Shown one piece after another: positions 18,717-29,446 of a stretch of DNA of 64,000 nucleotides (positions are counted from its first letter, which is position 1; every line of letters begins with the position of its first letter). A model generated the notes under the pieces. It did not search any database. It saw only the letters and a list, made by a program, of their open reading frames with translations, and was not told the origin of the DNA. Source of the stretch: a virus; IMG/VR virus record IMGVR_UViG_3300028653_000014, positions 1-64,000 of that record; one strand, written 5' to 3'. The position numbers and the translations under genes were made by a program.

Positions 18717-20065
18717 CGTCCTCCCTCCTGTGCGAGATTCCCAAACTTTGCATATTTCGAGATGAACGCGAGCTTACGCATCCCGGTCGGGCCGTTCCGG
18801 TGCTTCGCGATGTTCACCTCAGCGATCCCGGCCGAGTCCGTCTCGTCGGGGTAGTAGTACTCGTCGCGGTACAGCATCAGCACCACGTCGGCGTCCTGCT
18901 CGATCGACCCTGACTCGCGGAGGTCGGACAGGATCGGCCGTTTGTCGTGGCGTTTCTCGACGTCACGGGAGAGTTGCGACAGCGCGACGACGGGCACGTC
19001 AAGTTCCTGGGCGAGCACCTTCAGCGCCCGGCTGATCTGTGACACCTCCTGCTGCCGTGACTCGAACCGGCCGCCGCTGCCCATCAGTTGGATGTAGTCA
19101 ACCGCGACCATGCCAAGATCCGGATGCTTCGTCTTCAGGCGCCGCGCCTTCGACCGGAGTTCCGTGACGGTGATCCCGGCTGACTCCTCGACGAACATCG
19201 GGGCGTTCGCGATCCGGCCGGACGCGTTCAGGACGCGCTCCCAGTCGTCGCCGTCGAGCCGCATCGGGGTCTGTATGTGCTGCGAGTCGACGGCCGCCTC
19301 GGACGACAGGAGCCGTTGCGACACCTCCCACCGGCTCATCTCCAGGGTGAACAGCGCGACCGGGGTCGGCGGGTCGATCCGGAGCGTGGAGTGCGCGAGC
19401 ATCCCGAGAACCATCGCCGACTTCCCTATCGAGGGGCGAGCCGCGATCACGATCAGATTTCCCGGGTGGAGACCCGAGGTCATCCGGTCGATCTCGGTGT
19501 AGCCGGTCGGCACCCCGATCACGGCCTTACCCGCCGCGGCCAACTCCTGCAGTCGCTGGACCGTCTCCGTCATCATCTGGGAGGCGGTCACGAACTCGTG
19601 GCGGCGCGAGCGGGCCTGCGACAACTCGAACACCATCCCCTCCGCACGTTCGACCAGGTCGCCGATCTCGCCGGGCCGTTCGTAGCCGAGCCGTGCGATG
19701 TCGGACCCGGCACGGATCAGGCCGCGCAGGGTTGCCATCTCGTGGACGATCCGGGCGTAGTGGGCCGCGTTCGACGTGGCCGGGACGATGCCCGCCAACT
19801 CGTAGACGCGCGCCTCCCCGCCGACCGCCTCCGTCTTGCCGAGCTTCGCCAACTCGTCAACGACGGTGATCTGGTCGACCGGGTCGCCACGGCCGTGCAT
19901 CGCCAACATCACGTCGAACAGGGCACCGTGGCTCTGCCGGTAGAAGTCGACCGGGGTGACGAGTTCGGTGCAGACGCCGAGCGCGGACGGCGACAGCAGC
20001 GACGCGCCGAGCACGTGTTCTTCGGCAGCGAGATCCTGAGGTGCGGGCGGGGCCTTCTCAGGCAT
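18713..20065 (-). CDS. dnaB: replicative DNA helicase
   Basis: PQDLAAEEHVLG, AARPSIGKS, LEMS, DYIQLM, LSQLSR, DLRESGSIEQDAD, AKHRNGPTG. Confidence 0.97.
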   Translation of the reverse strand: MPEKAPPAPQDLAAEEHVLGASLLSPSALGVCTELVTPVDFYRQSHGALFDVMLAMHGRGDPVDQITVVDELAKLGKTEAVGGEARVYELAGIVPATSNAAHYARIVHEMATLRGLIRAGSDIARLGYERPGEIGDLVERAEGMVFELSQARSRRHEFVTASQMMTETVQRLQELAAAGKAVIGVPTGYTEIDRMTSGLHPGNLIVIAARPSIGKSAMVLGMLAHSTLRIDPPTPVALFTLEMSRWEVSQRLLSSEAAVDSQHIQTPMRLDGDDWERVLNASGRIANAPMFVEESAGITVTELRSKARRLKTKHPDLGMVAVDYIQLMGSGGRFESRQQEVSQISRALKVLAQELDVPVVALSQLSRDVEKRHDKRPILSDLRESGSIEQDADVVLMLYRDEYYYPDETDSAGIAEVNIAKHRNGPTGMRKLAFISKYAKFGNLAQEGGR

Positions 20066-20942
20066 CCGGGAACGCCGCCATCTGCGCCGCTGACAAGCCG
20101 CCTTTGCCGTTCAGGTTAGGCATCTGCTCCAAACCTAGCCAGTAGGACTGGAGCGACAGAGCCGTCATCATCCCGGCAACCTTCGCCGGGTACATCGCCG
20201 CCTTGGCGCGTATCGCCGACGCCAGCGCCGCCGCGAACACATCTGGCTCCTCGTGGCAGCGAGCACACCAGTTCGTTCCGCGCGCCTCATCCTCTCGGAC
20301 GCATTCCACCCAGAACTGCGCGATGATGCCCTGCGTCGTCTTGCCGCCGTACAGCGCCGTGGTCGTCCGATCCCGTGACGCTTTGCTCGCCAGGTCTGTT
20401 CCCGGCACCACTTCGGCTAGGGCGTCGAGCGGCAGGTTTCTGCCGTTGACGCGGGGTATCTTCGGTGGGGTATCGAGCGCGGCGTCAGCCGCTATCTCTT
20501 GCCTTTGCTCTTGATCTTGCACTTGAACTTCTTCTTTTCCAGACAAGGATCGCGCGTGAGGTTCCTCATCGGTGAGGGTAGACGCATGGGTGCGTCCAGG
20601 GGGATCAACGAGCGCCCAGACGTTCGGCAGGTTGACCTTGCCGACCTTCTGGACGTCAATCTCCAGAACGCCTATCTCGGCGAACTCGTTGACGTATCGG
20701 TCGAGTGTGGCAAGCGACACACCGGCCTGCTCAGCGATCTCCTTCCGCGTTGCGGAGAACCCGTCACGGGCCGCAGCGCCGCCTTTCGAGTTAGCCGTCT
20801 CGGTGAACACCAGATAGATGCCCAGAGCGGTGCTGAGTCGTGCTGCCGCGAAGTGCTCACGTACGGCTTTTAGAGCATCGAGGCTTTGGTAGCAGAAGGC
20901 CGGTCTACGCCTGTCCGTTACGGCGGAGGGTTGCGCGCTCAT
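20058..20942 (-). CDS. phage replication initiator (N-terminal winged HTH)
   Basis: ATRKEIAEQAGVSLATLDRYVNEF..G.L, charged linker, directly upstream of dnaB. Confidence 0.7.
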   Translation of the reverse strand: MSAQPSAVTDRRRPAFCYQSLDALKAVREHFAAARLSTALGIYLVFTETANSKGGAAARDGFSATRKEIAEQAGVSLATLDRYVNEFAEIGVLEIDVQKVGKVNLPNVWALVDPPGRTHASTLTDEEPHARSLSGKEEVQVQDQEQRQEIAADAALDTPPKIPRVNGRNLPLDALAEVVPGTDLASKASRDRTTTALYGGKTTQGIIAQFWVECVREDEARGTNWCARCHEEPDVFAAALASAIRAKAAMYPAKVAGMMTALSLQSYWLGLEQMPNLNGKGGLSAAQMAAFPDA

Positions 20943-21514
20943 TGGGGGCGCGACTTCGGTCGGTGAGCGCCACCGTGAAAGTGGATTGCAGAATGACACG
21001 GCCGACAGAGGACGATGAGGTCTTCGCGGTCCTCCTTGCCGACGTTCGCATAGTCGCGATGGTGGACATTGAGTGATCGACCGCTGCCGCACGTGGCGCA
21101 CTTCCCTTTCGCTCTATCGAGTGCCCACTTTCTCTGCTTCGACCATTCCGGTGAAGATAGGTAGTCCCCGTACTGCATCGCCCGCAGTTCACCAACGCGC
21201 TCACTGGACCCGTCCCCCATAGAGGCAAGGGGTGAGTAGACGGATAGTTGCTCATCGACAGCGATGAGCGCCTGGTTGTAACTCTCGCTGCTATACGGGT
21301 CATCCTCGGTCGCGAAAAGGAACTGGTACGTGAGGAAGGCGCTGCAAAGATTCGAGTCGGCGGTGATCTCCAGCCACGTCCGCCACGCGCCGTCTTCGCG
21401 CGTCGGCTCGTAACCGAATCGCTGAACGAAATCAGCTACTAACGAGTCAATCGGGGATCCGTAATCGTGCCCAGTGAGTGGCGTGCGCTCACTGTCAGCC
21501 GGTGCCTGTGGCAT
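20939..21514 (-). CDS. HNH endonuclease
   Basis: Y..YL.SPEW..RK.ALDRA..KCATCG..LNVHHRDY..G.E..DLIVLCRPCH. Confidence 0.85.
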   Translation of the reverse strand: MPQAPADSERTPLTGHDYGSPIDSLVADFVQRFGYEPTREDGAWRTWLEITADSNLCSAFLTYQFLFATEDDPYSSESYNQALIAVDEQLSVYSPLASMGDGSSERVGELRAMQYGDYLSSPEWSKQRKWALDRAKGKCATCGSGRSLNVHHRDYANVGKEDREDLIVLCRPCHSAIHFHGGAHRPKSRPQ

Positions 21515-21540
21515 ACTCTTACCTCTCGATCGGTTGTTTT

Positions 21541-21578
21541 GAAAAGAGTCGCCTACTGGAGAGCGGGCGGCTCTTTTC
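21541..21578. terminator. bidirectional terminator-like hairpin in the replication operon leader
   Basis: GAAAAGAGTCGCCT-loop-GGGCGGCTCTTTTC. Confidence 0.55.
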
Positions 21579-21594
21579 GTTTCTTAGGGGCGCC

Positions 21595-21623
21595 AGTATC
21601 GCACGACGCCCGGCGGAAGTCTA
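21595..21623 (-). promoter_or_regulatory. promoter of the replication operon
   Basis: TAGACT-N17-GATACT upstream of GAGGT SD and ATG 21514. Confidence 0.55.
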
Positions 21624-21669
21624 CGGGACCCGTGAACAGAAGATGCCGCACGGAGCGGTCACGCGGGCG

Positions 21670-23382
21670 TTACCCGAGGATGCGCTGCTTGCCGGGTGCG
21701 AGATAGTGGTACGTCTCCCACCACCCGTCACAGCCGGGACGTGCGCAGACGCGCCACGACTCCATCAGCGCACCGATGTTCGGGTCGTAGTCGTGTCTCT
21801 CCGGCCCCCACTTGTGGCCGAGGAGACGACACCGCCACGTCTTGACCGGGTACGAGAGTACGTAGAGGGCATCGCGCCAGCCCGCATCCCGTGACCAACG
21901 CAGGAAGGCAATCGGCCTCACGTCTCCGCCATGCAGTCGCACTCCTTACCGGCGTGGTCTTCGACCTCGTGAACGCGCTTCCACAGCCGAAAGTAAACCG
22001 GCCCTATCTCGTCCGGCAGTTCGCCGCCTGGAGGCAGTTCCCCGTCTGCAAGCTCGACGTCGCGATCAAGCAGCGCCGTCCTCACGTCGAGGAACTCCTC
22101 CGCCTCGACGCAGTCGTCCGAGTCGACCAGCATCCGTTTCGCCTGCCCGCGCGTCTCCGCGATGAAGATCCCGCACGGCACGTAGAACTCGCCCGGGTCG
22201 GGCCGCTCGTAGCTCATCCCGGCCGTGCGCCCTTCCAGATGGCACCAGTAGGCGTTCACAGGATTCTCTCCCAGGCCGACTGCTCCTCACACGATCTGCA
22301 CAGACACCCGAGCATCCCACGCGCGTGATCCCAGCAGAAGCAGCCGCGCAGGGGACTCAGGTCGCCCCAGATACGAACGGCAGCCGCCTCTCCGCAGCCG
22401 CCCATTTGGCAGACAGTCAGAACAGCCACCTCGGCATTCGCTATGGCAGCAGACCTTTCGTTCACGGCTTCCTCATGTCCGCCAGCGCCCGGGTCAGGTC
22501 AAGCGATGCACGCTTCGCCGCCGACGCCTCCTTCGACCCGCTGATCGACAGATACTGGGGATGCTCATGGGAGCGGTAGCGCACTTCCAACTCGTCGACG
22601 CGGGCCACGAAGCGGAGCGCCTCCTCGCGCGCCCGCGCGTACTTCGACGGCATCAGAACCACCCGGTCGCTCACGTCTTCGCCTCCTCTTTCGGACGTTC
22701 GATGCCGGGCGCGTACCGCTCCTCGCGATACAGGAACGTCGAGAGGAAATCCTCGATCTCCTCCGCCGACAGGCCGCGCTCCGCGAGTGAACGCTTCATC
22801 ACATAGGGCGTGTGCGCCCAGTAGCGGAAACAGTCGCTGCGGTGCCGTTGCGGTGCGTGGAAGTGGAACGTCAACCAGACATGCTTCGCCCGGTCGGCGG
22901 CTTCAACGTCCCACGGGATACGCAGTTCGCAGACGAGGTCCTCGTCACGCAGATGGGTCGTCGCTCGCTCCTCGACCGTCATGCCGACGAGATAAGCGCA
23001 CCCGTCGCAACTGATCGCGGGCTTCGTGACCGTGGTCTTCATGACCCCACCCGCGATGCCGCGTAGACGCCCTTTCGTGCCACCCACACGTCGACCATCA
23101 GCGCCGACGTCCGGTAGTCCAGACCGCCGTCAGGGTCGCCGCCGACGCCGCAGAAGTGAGCGTGGTCGATCAGATGGCCGATCCCGCCGAGCACCGAACG
23201 GAGCGAGCACTCACGGTGCGCGTCGACGTTGTTGATGTCGGCGCGGTCCTCGTCGGGCAAGACCGGCTCGTCACAGAGATAGCACCTCATGATCGCCTCC
23301 ACCCGTCGCGTATGACGATCTGGAAGACGTTCCCGGAGCAGAAGCCGAGCCACGCTCCGACGAGCAGCGCGACGGCGATCAT
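21670..23382 (-). CDS. cluster of small hypothetical genes (21670-21896, 21918-22259, 22256-22465, 22462-22674, 22671-23042, 23039-23290, 23287-23382)
   Basis: Chain of overlapping start/stop codons; several Cys/His fingers. Confidence 0.55.
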
Positions 23383-24305
23383 GACGCCTCCTCGCCGAAC
23401 GGGATCTCATCCGCCGCGGCCTGCTCACTCGGAGAGAGGCCTGGTAGCCCGCCGCCGGGTGCGTAATGACCGAACACGGGCCGCTCGTCCTCGTCGGGAC
23501 TCATCCGCCACTCAGGCCCCGGCAGCGAGATACCGTCCAGGACGGCCGCCCACGCCTTCTGCACGTCCGTACGGGACACAGGAGGCATCTGGGCCGGGTC
23601 GACCGCTTCACGCAACGCCACAACCGCGGCGGCGGCCTTGGCGCCCAGTTCGGCCTTCTGCTCGCCCGTGAGCGCCGACGACTCGCGCACCTTGTAGAGA
23701 AGCTCGGACGCGTCCTGCACCCAGACGGGCCAGCCGAGCGAGTCACCGTACACGGCGGCCCACTCGAAAATCTCCGGCCACGACTTCGGCGCCGCGGGCT
23801 TCGCTGCACGTCCTCGGCCGCGAGTCTCCTCTGCCGTCTCGCCGTCAGGGTCGGCGAACTCCTTGCTGGATACCGCGAACGACTGCGCGAGCATCGACTT
23901 GAACGCCATCGTCATCGCTTTCGACGTCGCCTTGTCGCCCATATCGGTGCCCTCACCGTACGACGACCCCTCCACGAAATCCCCGGCGGCCCCGTAGAAC
24001 CGATATCCGACGTGCAGGCTGACCTCGTACATCGTCTTGCCCTGACCGGTCGTCCGTTCGCTCGTGACGCGCTCCAGGATCGTCGGCAAGCAGAACACGC
24101 CGTGCTTCGCGAGGAGCGGGTTCAGCGCGTTCATCACATCGTCGTGCCCGCGGAACATGAAGTTCTGTTGCTCGTTTCGACTGTCCTTCCCGATCGCCGG
24201 TAGCTCCGCGAGCACCGCCCACATCCGCTGGTAAATAGTGCGATCGTCGAACGCAGGCTCTCTCCACGGGGTAACGATCTCCTCCACCATCACAGACTCA
24301 GTCAT
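23379..24305 (-). CDS. ERF-family single-strand annealing recombinase
   Basis: IGKDSRNEQQNFMFRGHDDVMNALNPLLAKHG..GEGTDMGDKATSKAMTMAFK..DPD. Confidence 0.85.
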   Translation of the reverse strand: MTESVMVEEIVTPWREPAFDDRTIYQRMWAVLAELPAIGKDSRNEQQNFMFRGHDDVMNALNPLLAKHGVFCLPTILERVTSERTTGQGKTMYEVSLHVGYRFYGAAGDFVEGSSYGEGTDMGDKATSKAMTMAFKSMLAQSFAVSSKEFADPDGETAEETRGRGRAAKPAAPKSWPEIFEWAAVYGDSLGWPVWVQDASELLYKVRESSALTGEQKAELGAKAAAAVVALREAVDPAQMPPVSRTDVQKAWAAVLDGISLPGPEWRMSPDEDERPVFGHYAPGGGLPGLSPSEQAAADEIPFGEEAS

Positions 24306-24622
24306 CTCTCCTCCGTCCGGTCGCGCCATACAAGCTCGACCAATCGTCTGTAGAGCGGCTGACTCATCAGCCACTGTTGCGGGGTCATCCGCTCGTGCGC
24401 GTCGAACTCCCGGTCGAACTCGTGGCTTGCCATCTCGGCGGTCGGGGCCGGGCCGTACAGATACTCGGACGCCACCATGTCGTGCAGCGTGACCGCGTGC
24501 CTTCGTAGCCATCGTCTGACGTTGGCCCGGTGGGTCGGCTTCATCATGTCGAGACGTGTCCGGCAACCGTCGTTCGTCGTCCAGTACGTCGCCTGGGACA
24601 GCGTCTCGAACAGATCGGCCAT
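24302..24622 (-). CDS. hypothetical phage protein
   Basis: Coupled between ssb and erf. Confidence 0.6.
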   Translation of the reverse strand: MADLFETLSQATYWTTNDGCRTRLDMMKPTHRANVRRWLRRHAVTLHDMVASEYLYGPAPTAEMASHEFDREFDAHERMTPQQWLMSQPLYRRLVELVWRDRTEER

Positions 24623-25002
24623 CAGAACGTTGCGTCTCCGAAGTCGGAACCGTCGGGCGCGTCGTCACGGCCCCGCGAGTTGAGGAACTGCACATTTTGC
24701 GCGACGACCTTGATCTTCGACCGTTTCTGGCCGTCCTTCTCCCAGCGGTCCTGCCGGATCTTGCCGTCGACGCCGACGAGGCTGCCTTTGCCGAGATGCT
24801 GCGCGCACGCCTCCGCCTGCTTACCCCACACCGTCACGTCCACGAACGAGGCATAGTCCTGCCACTCCCCATCGACCTTCTCGCGGCTGTTCATCGCGAT
24901 CGAGAACTCACAGACGGCCGTGTTGTTCCCCGCCGTGTACTTCACGTCGAAGTCGCGCGTGATGTGGCCGATCAACAGCACACGGTTAATCCCCTGAGGC
25001 AT
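24622..25002 (-). CDS. ssb: single-stranded DNA-binding protein
   Basis: INRVLLIGHITRD..WGKQAE..LGKGSLVGVDG..W..DGQKRS; acidic tail ending in F. Confidence 0.95.
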   Translation of the reverse strand: MPQGINRVLLIGHITRDFDVKYTAGNNTAVCEFSIAMNSREKVDGEWQDYASFVDVTVWGKQAEACAQHLGKGSLVGVDGKIRQDRWEKDGQKRSKIKVVAQNVQFLNSRGRDDAPDGSDFGDATF

Positions 25003-27000
25003 CAGATGGCTCCTTCCGTCGAGGTGAAGAGGGGCGGTCCGGAGCAGTTGTCACCCTGCGCGTTCAGCGTGCCCGCGGCGAACCGCGCATCTATGGTGAC
25101 GCGCAGAGAGGGGTCGTCTTTGGCGCACGCGAATCTCTCTCTCATCACGAGGTACCGGCAGCAGGCGCTCCCCTTCCCGATCCTGCACACGTCCGTGACG
25201 TGCTGCGGCTCAATCGGTTGCGTCATCAGCCGGTCGTCCTTTCGGGCAGGGCGGCGAGGAGTGGTTCGTCGCACACCCACTCGTAGTCCTCAACCGTCTC
25301 GGTCACCGTCACGACCGGCGCAGCCGGGTCGGGCATCTCTCTCGTGACTTCACGCGTGCCGGTCACGACCTTGCGGCACACCGTGTCGCGATCGGTGAAC
25401 GCCTCCACCGTCACGCCGCCGAAGTGGCGCTGCACGTTCATCCATTTGTCGTCCGCGCTCTTTGTGCCTTTACCGATCGCCCGGACGCTCTTGGCGAACT
25501 CCTCCGCGTTCATGGCGTAGAGACGGAAGAAAACGGTCGCGCTCAGCGCGAAGGTCTCCTCTTCGAGGAACTCAGCGTTGGCGTCTACCCAGTCCGCGAA
25601 GTCGCGCAGCCCGGCGCTGTACTCAGAAGCGGTCATGTCGTCGCCTCCTGTGCTCTGCGTTTCAGCCACTCGTCGAGCGACCGTAGGACTGTCGGTTCGA
25701 GGATGATCGTGTTCGTCTCCGAGATGCCGTCCTCAGTGGTCAGCACGACGTCTCCGCCTTCCTCTTGCACGTACACCGCGTCCCCGAGGTACTGCTTCTC
25801 CATCGACACCCCTCCCCACTTGATTAGGTAGCACGCTACCACATGGGAGGACGTGGCGCTACTCGTCGTCGAAGCTGAGGGACGAATGCCCGGCCAGCCA
25901 CGCGCTCCTGAAAGCACTCCCGAAACCAGCACGATTCCTGTACGGGCACAAGTCACGCGGATTACCGGCCAGCGCCACCCGGGCACCCGCTAGATAAGCG
26001 CTCTGGAGAGGCTGTGAGCGGCTGTAGAGCCTTGCGGCGCGCTGGGACGCCCTAGCGATCTCTGAGTCGCTCACTCGTCCACCTGGGGCCGTACAGCGTC
26101 TCGGGCGCCCGATGCTTCACAGACGAACACGATCGCGCTCGTCGGGGTGCGGTCGCCCTCGTAGGCGATGCCGCGCCCTGGGTCGTCGAGACGTGCCGCG
26201 AGCCGGTCGCAGTTCGCCTGGGTGCCCTCGTACACGATCTTCCGTTCCGGTGGCCCCTCGGTGAACTCCATCAGGTAGCCGCACACCCAGTCGCCGTCAG
26301 GCACGACGCCTCCGGCGTACGCGTGACCATCTCAGCCGTCGAAGCCCGTTGCAGAACAGTCTCCGCCGCCACGGGACGTCCGCGCCGAAGAACAGCGTTC
26401 CCCAGCCGTAGTACGGCGGACCCGCAACGCAGCCGTCAGCAGGATGCGTTCCCGGTTCGCAGTCGCAACAGTCGCACCAGTGCGGCCCCTTATGGCCGTG
26501 CGGCCGTTCGCAGCCATGCGACCCCCAGAAGACCCGGCAGCCCCGCACGTGACCGTCCGGGTTCGCGTACCCGGAGTAACGGGTCGCCGCCTCGTCGCTC
26601 TCGTCGAACCAGACCATCGAGGAACGAACATCGTCGGGAGCGCAAGTGGGCGGGACGTCGGTCAAGCGTTCGGCCTGAACGTCGGCGCCGCGTCGGTTGT
26701 CCGACGTCCCGCCCACTTGCGCTCACCGCACTGGCAGCGGCCCGGCACCGACGCGAACACATGCACGTAGTCGGAGCAGCGCCTCTGCACCTGACCGTCG
26801 CTCCACCGCGGCGCGTCCTCGGCGTCGAGCGGACGCCGCTGGAACGGGATCACGTTGTACACCACCCCGGCCTGGTCTTGCGTCGCCCGCATGTAGCAGG
26901 TCGGCGATCGGTCCCAGTCGCCGTGGCAGTAGCGCACGTCACCGATCGACGCGAGTCCCGCCGCCGGTTCCTTCCCGCACAGCCCACACTGTTCGCTCAC
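25002..27000 (-). CDS. cluster of small hypothetical genes (25002-25226, 25226-25636, 25633-25803, 25859-26074, 26071-26304, 26297-~26665, 26662-27000)
   Basis: Coupled ORFs, several Cys-rich; headed by a leaderless promoter at 27003-27013. Confidence 0.55.
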
Positions 27001-27162
27001 GGGTAGCAGCCTACCACCCTGGCCCGAACCGTGCTAGGGTCGGCCGGTCACGAAATCGACACGAGGAGGACAGAGCAGCCGCACCAGCACGTCGTAGGGC
27101 ACGCTGACCGCCCCGCAGGCGCAACACCGGGCGGCCGTGCGACACCTTGACACTGGAGAGAC

Positions 27163-27588
27163 TTGAAACTCACGCTTGCAATCCTGGCCGTAACCGTCGC
27201 GGCCCTAACCCTGACGGTGAACGCAACACCGGCAAGCACCCACGCCATCGCCCGCTCGCCGCATAAACACCGCCCAGCACATCACGGCTGGCACGCCCCT
27301 CCCTCTTGGCTCGTCGGCGCAATCTGCGTCCACGAACACGAGTCAGGCGACTGGCACTACGGCCCTGCACATCATCCCTCAACCGGGGCATCGTGGAACG
27401 GGTATTACAACGGTTTCCAGTTCACCCTCGGCACCTTCGAGCGGGCCGAACGCCTCACCGGCATCCACGCCGACCCCGAGTGGGCACCTATCCCCGTTCA
27501 GGTCAGGCTCGCGTACGCGATCTGGCACTCAGATGGCGGCTCGTGGAGGGAGTGGCCGACAAGTTCGCGGCTCTGCGGCCTCCGCTGA
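27163..27588 (+). CDS. secreted Rpf-like transglycosylase
   Basis: Signal peptide; C...HESG.W, NGYYNGFQF..GT, A....Q...A..I, WP..CG; GGAG SD. Confidence 0.8.
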   Translation: MKLTLAILAVTVAALTLTVNATPASTHAIARSPHKHRPAHHGWHAPPSWLVGAICVHEHESGDWHYGPAHHPSTGASWNGYYNGFQFTLGTFERAERLTGIHADPEWAPIPVQVRLAYAIWHSDGGSWREWPTSSRLCGLR

Positions 27589-27649
27589 ACTAACGCGCGC
27601 GTGACCCGGGACGTCGTGTCGTCCGGCGCAGTCGCCATGATGCTGAGCC

Positions 27650-28174
27650 GTGAGCGACGACGGGGCCTCGCCGTTCCAGCCCGGGAGCCGGGTCCGTGAA
27701 TGCGCGACCGGTCAAACCGGCGTCGTCCACACGTACATCGTCACGACCGGGGCCATGCTCGTCCTGCCCGACGGCGGCGTCCTCACGATCACGACAGTCG
27801 AACTGTGGGAGGACGAAGCCGACCCGTACGTCGTCGAGACGGTGCCGCTCGCACGGGTGCTGGAAGAGTTCGTGACGAACTGGCGGAAGACCCGGCCGTC
27901 GACCGCCGGTCAGTGGGGCAGCGACAACCGCGGCCCGAACCACGTCGAACCCCTGTCGGCCTTCGAGTATCTGCACGAGCGCGGCGTCACCGACTACCAG
28001 ATCCGGAAGGTGCGGGCGCCCGACAAGTTCCCGCACACCGAACTACGCGTCGCGGACTCGCTCGTGGCGGCGATCGGGATGCCGGAGATGTTCTACGACG
28101 GCACCCTGAACATCGCGCCGAACCCCGCCTCACCGCAGTCCCTGACGGGCAGCGGCGAACCCGAAGCCGCTTAG
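27650..28174 (+). CDS. hypothetical protein with possible C-terminal HTH
   Basis: EYLHERGVTDYQIRKV..TELRVADSLVAAIG resembles an XRE-type helical pattern; CATGAT-N8-GTG. Confidence 0.5.
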   Translation: MSDDGASPFQPGSRVRECATGQTGVVHTYIVTTGAMLVLPDGGVLTITTVELWEDEADPYVVETVPLARVLEEFVTNWRKTRPSTAGQWGSDNRGPNHVEPLSAFEYLHERGVTDYQIRKVRAPDKFPHTELRVADSLVAAIGMPEMFYDGTLNIAPNPASPQSLTGSGEPEAA

Positions 28175-29022
28175 ACCGGCAGCCTCACGTACACCAGGTC
28201 TGGTGCGCCGTGCGCGCGCTGGTACGCCGCCTGCCACGAGAGCGTGCTGTCCGACGGGTCCATCCGGCCGCCCATGTTGACGCATGACCAGTCGCCGTTC
28301 TTCAACTTGCTCCGCAGGATCGTGACGTGCGCACCCGCAGGCTTGGTCGGGCCGACGAACACCACCCAGTCGCCCGGCTGCGCCTGGTTCGCCGTGATGT
28401 GCGGCAGCGCCGAGAGAATCGCCCCGGTCGCGCCATCACTGTCGAACAGCGGCTGCTGCGGGCCGAAGATCGGATGGGCCAGACCAGCATGGGCGCCGCA
28501 CCCGATCGCGTGACCTGAACAATCGCACGAGAACCGCACGCTGCCGTCCCAGCGGAGCGGCGCAACACGGAACCAGTCGCGCTCGCCGGGATCTTCACCG
28601 ATGAGTTCGCTGTACAGGAACAGACCCTTGTGTACGACCGTCAGGTCGGCGATCTGGAGGAACAGATTCCGGAGCCGCTGCTCCTCCAGCATGGTCGCCT
28701 CGAACGTCATCAGGTGGACGCCGAGCGCGTCGAAGTACGGCTCCAGAACCGTGTGGGCGGGCAGCGTGTAGATCGGGTCGCTCAGCAGCCCGTGTGCGCC
28801 CTTAAACGACGACAGCACCAACTGGGCCGCCTTACCGAACCCGTCGGTCTTCAGGCTCATCCCATGCGTCCCGTGCGCCCAGTCGGCCAGCGCACGCTTC
28901 ACCGCCCGGCAGTCGAGACCACTCGCGCCCGGGCCGAACTGGCGCGGGTACGGGACCCTCAAACGAACCTCAACCGGCGGGGAAGGGTCACCCGCCGGTA
29001 GCACAGGCGTAGGCGTCGTCAT
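28171..29022 (-). CDS. endolysin: peptidoglycan-binding domain plus NlpC/P60-CHAP peptidase
   Basis: G.D..AVKRAL..FG....FK..HGL; DCSG, PGD.V.F, HV catalytic motifs. Confidence 0.8.
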   Translation of the reverse strand: MTTPTPVLPAGDPSPPVEVRLRVPYPRQFGPGASGLDCRAVKRALADWAHGTHGMSLKTDGFGKAAQLVLSSFKGAHGLLSDPIYTLPAHTVLEPYFDALGVHLMTFEATMLEEQRLRNLFLQIADLTVVHKGLFLYSELIGEDPGERDWFRVAPLRWDGSVRFSCDCSGHAIGCGAHAGLAHPIFGPQQPLFDSDGATGAILSALPHITANQAQPGDWVVFVGPTKPAGAHVTILRSKLKNGDWSCVNMGGRMDPSDSTLSWQAAYQRAHGAPDLVYVRLPV

Positions 29023-29026
29023 CTGG

Positions 29027-29242
29027 TCAGGCGTTCCGCCACGTCACGCCGCCGCCTTCGGGGCCGTAGTCGGACGGCTCACGGTGCGGGACGGACGTCA
29101 GGATGCCCGTCACGCCAACGATGGAGAGGTCGAGAACGTCCGGGCTGTGCTCCTTCACGACGAGCGCGTAGATGTTGCCGCCCTCGTCGTTCGGGCCGCT
29201 GCCGTCGTTGTAGAGAACGTACGTCGCTGCGGTTCCGATCAT
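29027..29242 (-). CDS. small hypothetical protein
   Basis: AAGGGG SD; ALVV..H..LDL..SVPH pattern. Confidence 0.6.
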   Translation of the reverse strand: MIGTAATYVLYNDGSGPNDEGGNIYALVVKEHSPDVLDLSIVGVTGILTSVPHREPSDYGPEGGGVTWRNA

Positions 29243-29266
29243 GGTGCCCCTTCCGTCAGAGGTGCG

Positions 29267-29446
29267 TTACTCCCACCAGTGAAGCAGAAGCGCGGCCGTG
29301 ACGGCGACGAACCCGCCGTCGACCCAGGCGGCCTGATTCCCTGAATGGATCACCTCGTTGGTCGCGATCAGCAGCGCAACGACGAAACAGACGAGTGCTG
29401 AGAATACGGCCAGGAGGGACAGATTGTTGCGGCGTGTGACTGTCAT
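29267..29446 (-). CDS. two-TM holin-like protein
   Basis: Manual translation MTVTRRNNLSLLAVFSALVCFVVALLIA...AAWVDGGFVAVTAALLLHWWE; next to the endolysin. Confidence 0.55.
   Translation of the reverse strand: MTVTRRNNLSLLAVFSALVCFVVALLIATNEVIHSGNQAAWVDGGFVAVTAALLLHWWE

Noticed and set aside
27040-27162. c-di-AMP (ydaO) riboswitch upstream of the rpf-like gene
   Set aside because: The characteristic GAAUC, GGAAC..GGGG and CCCGUCAGCUAAC segments are absent
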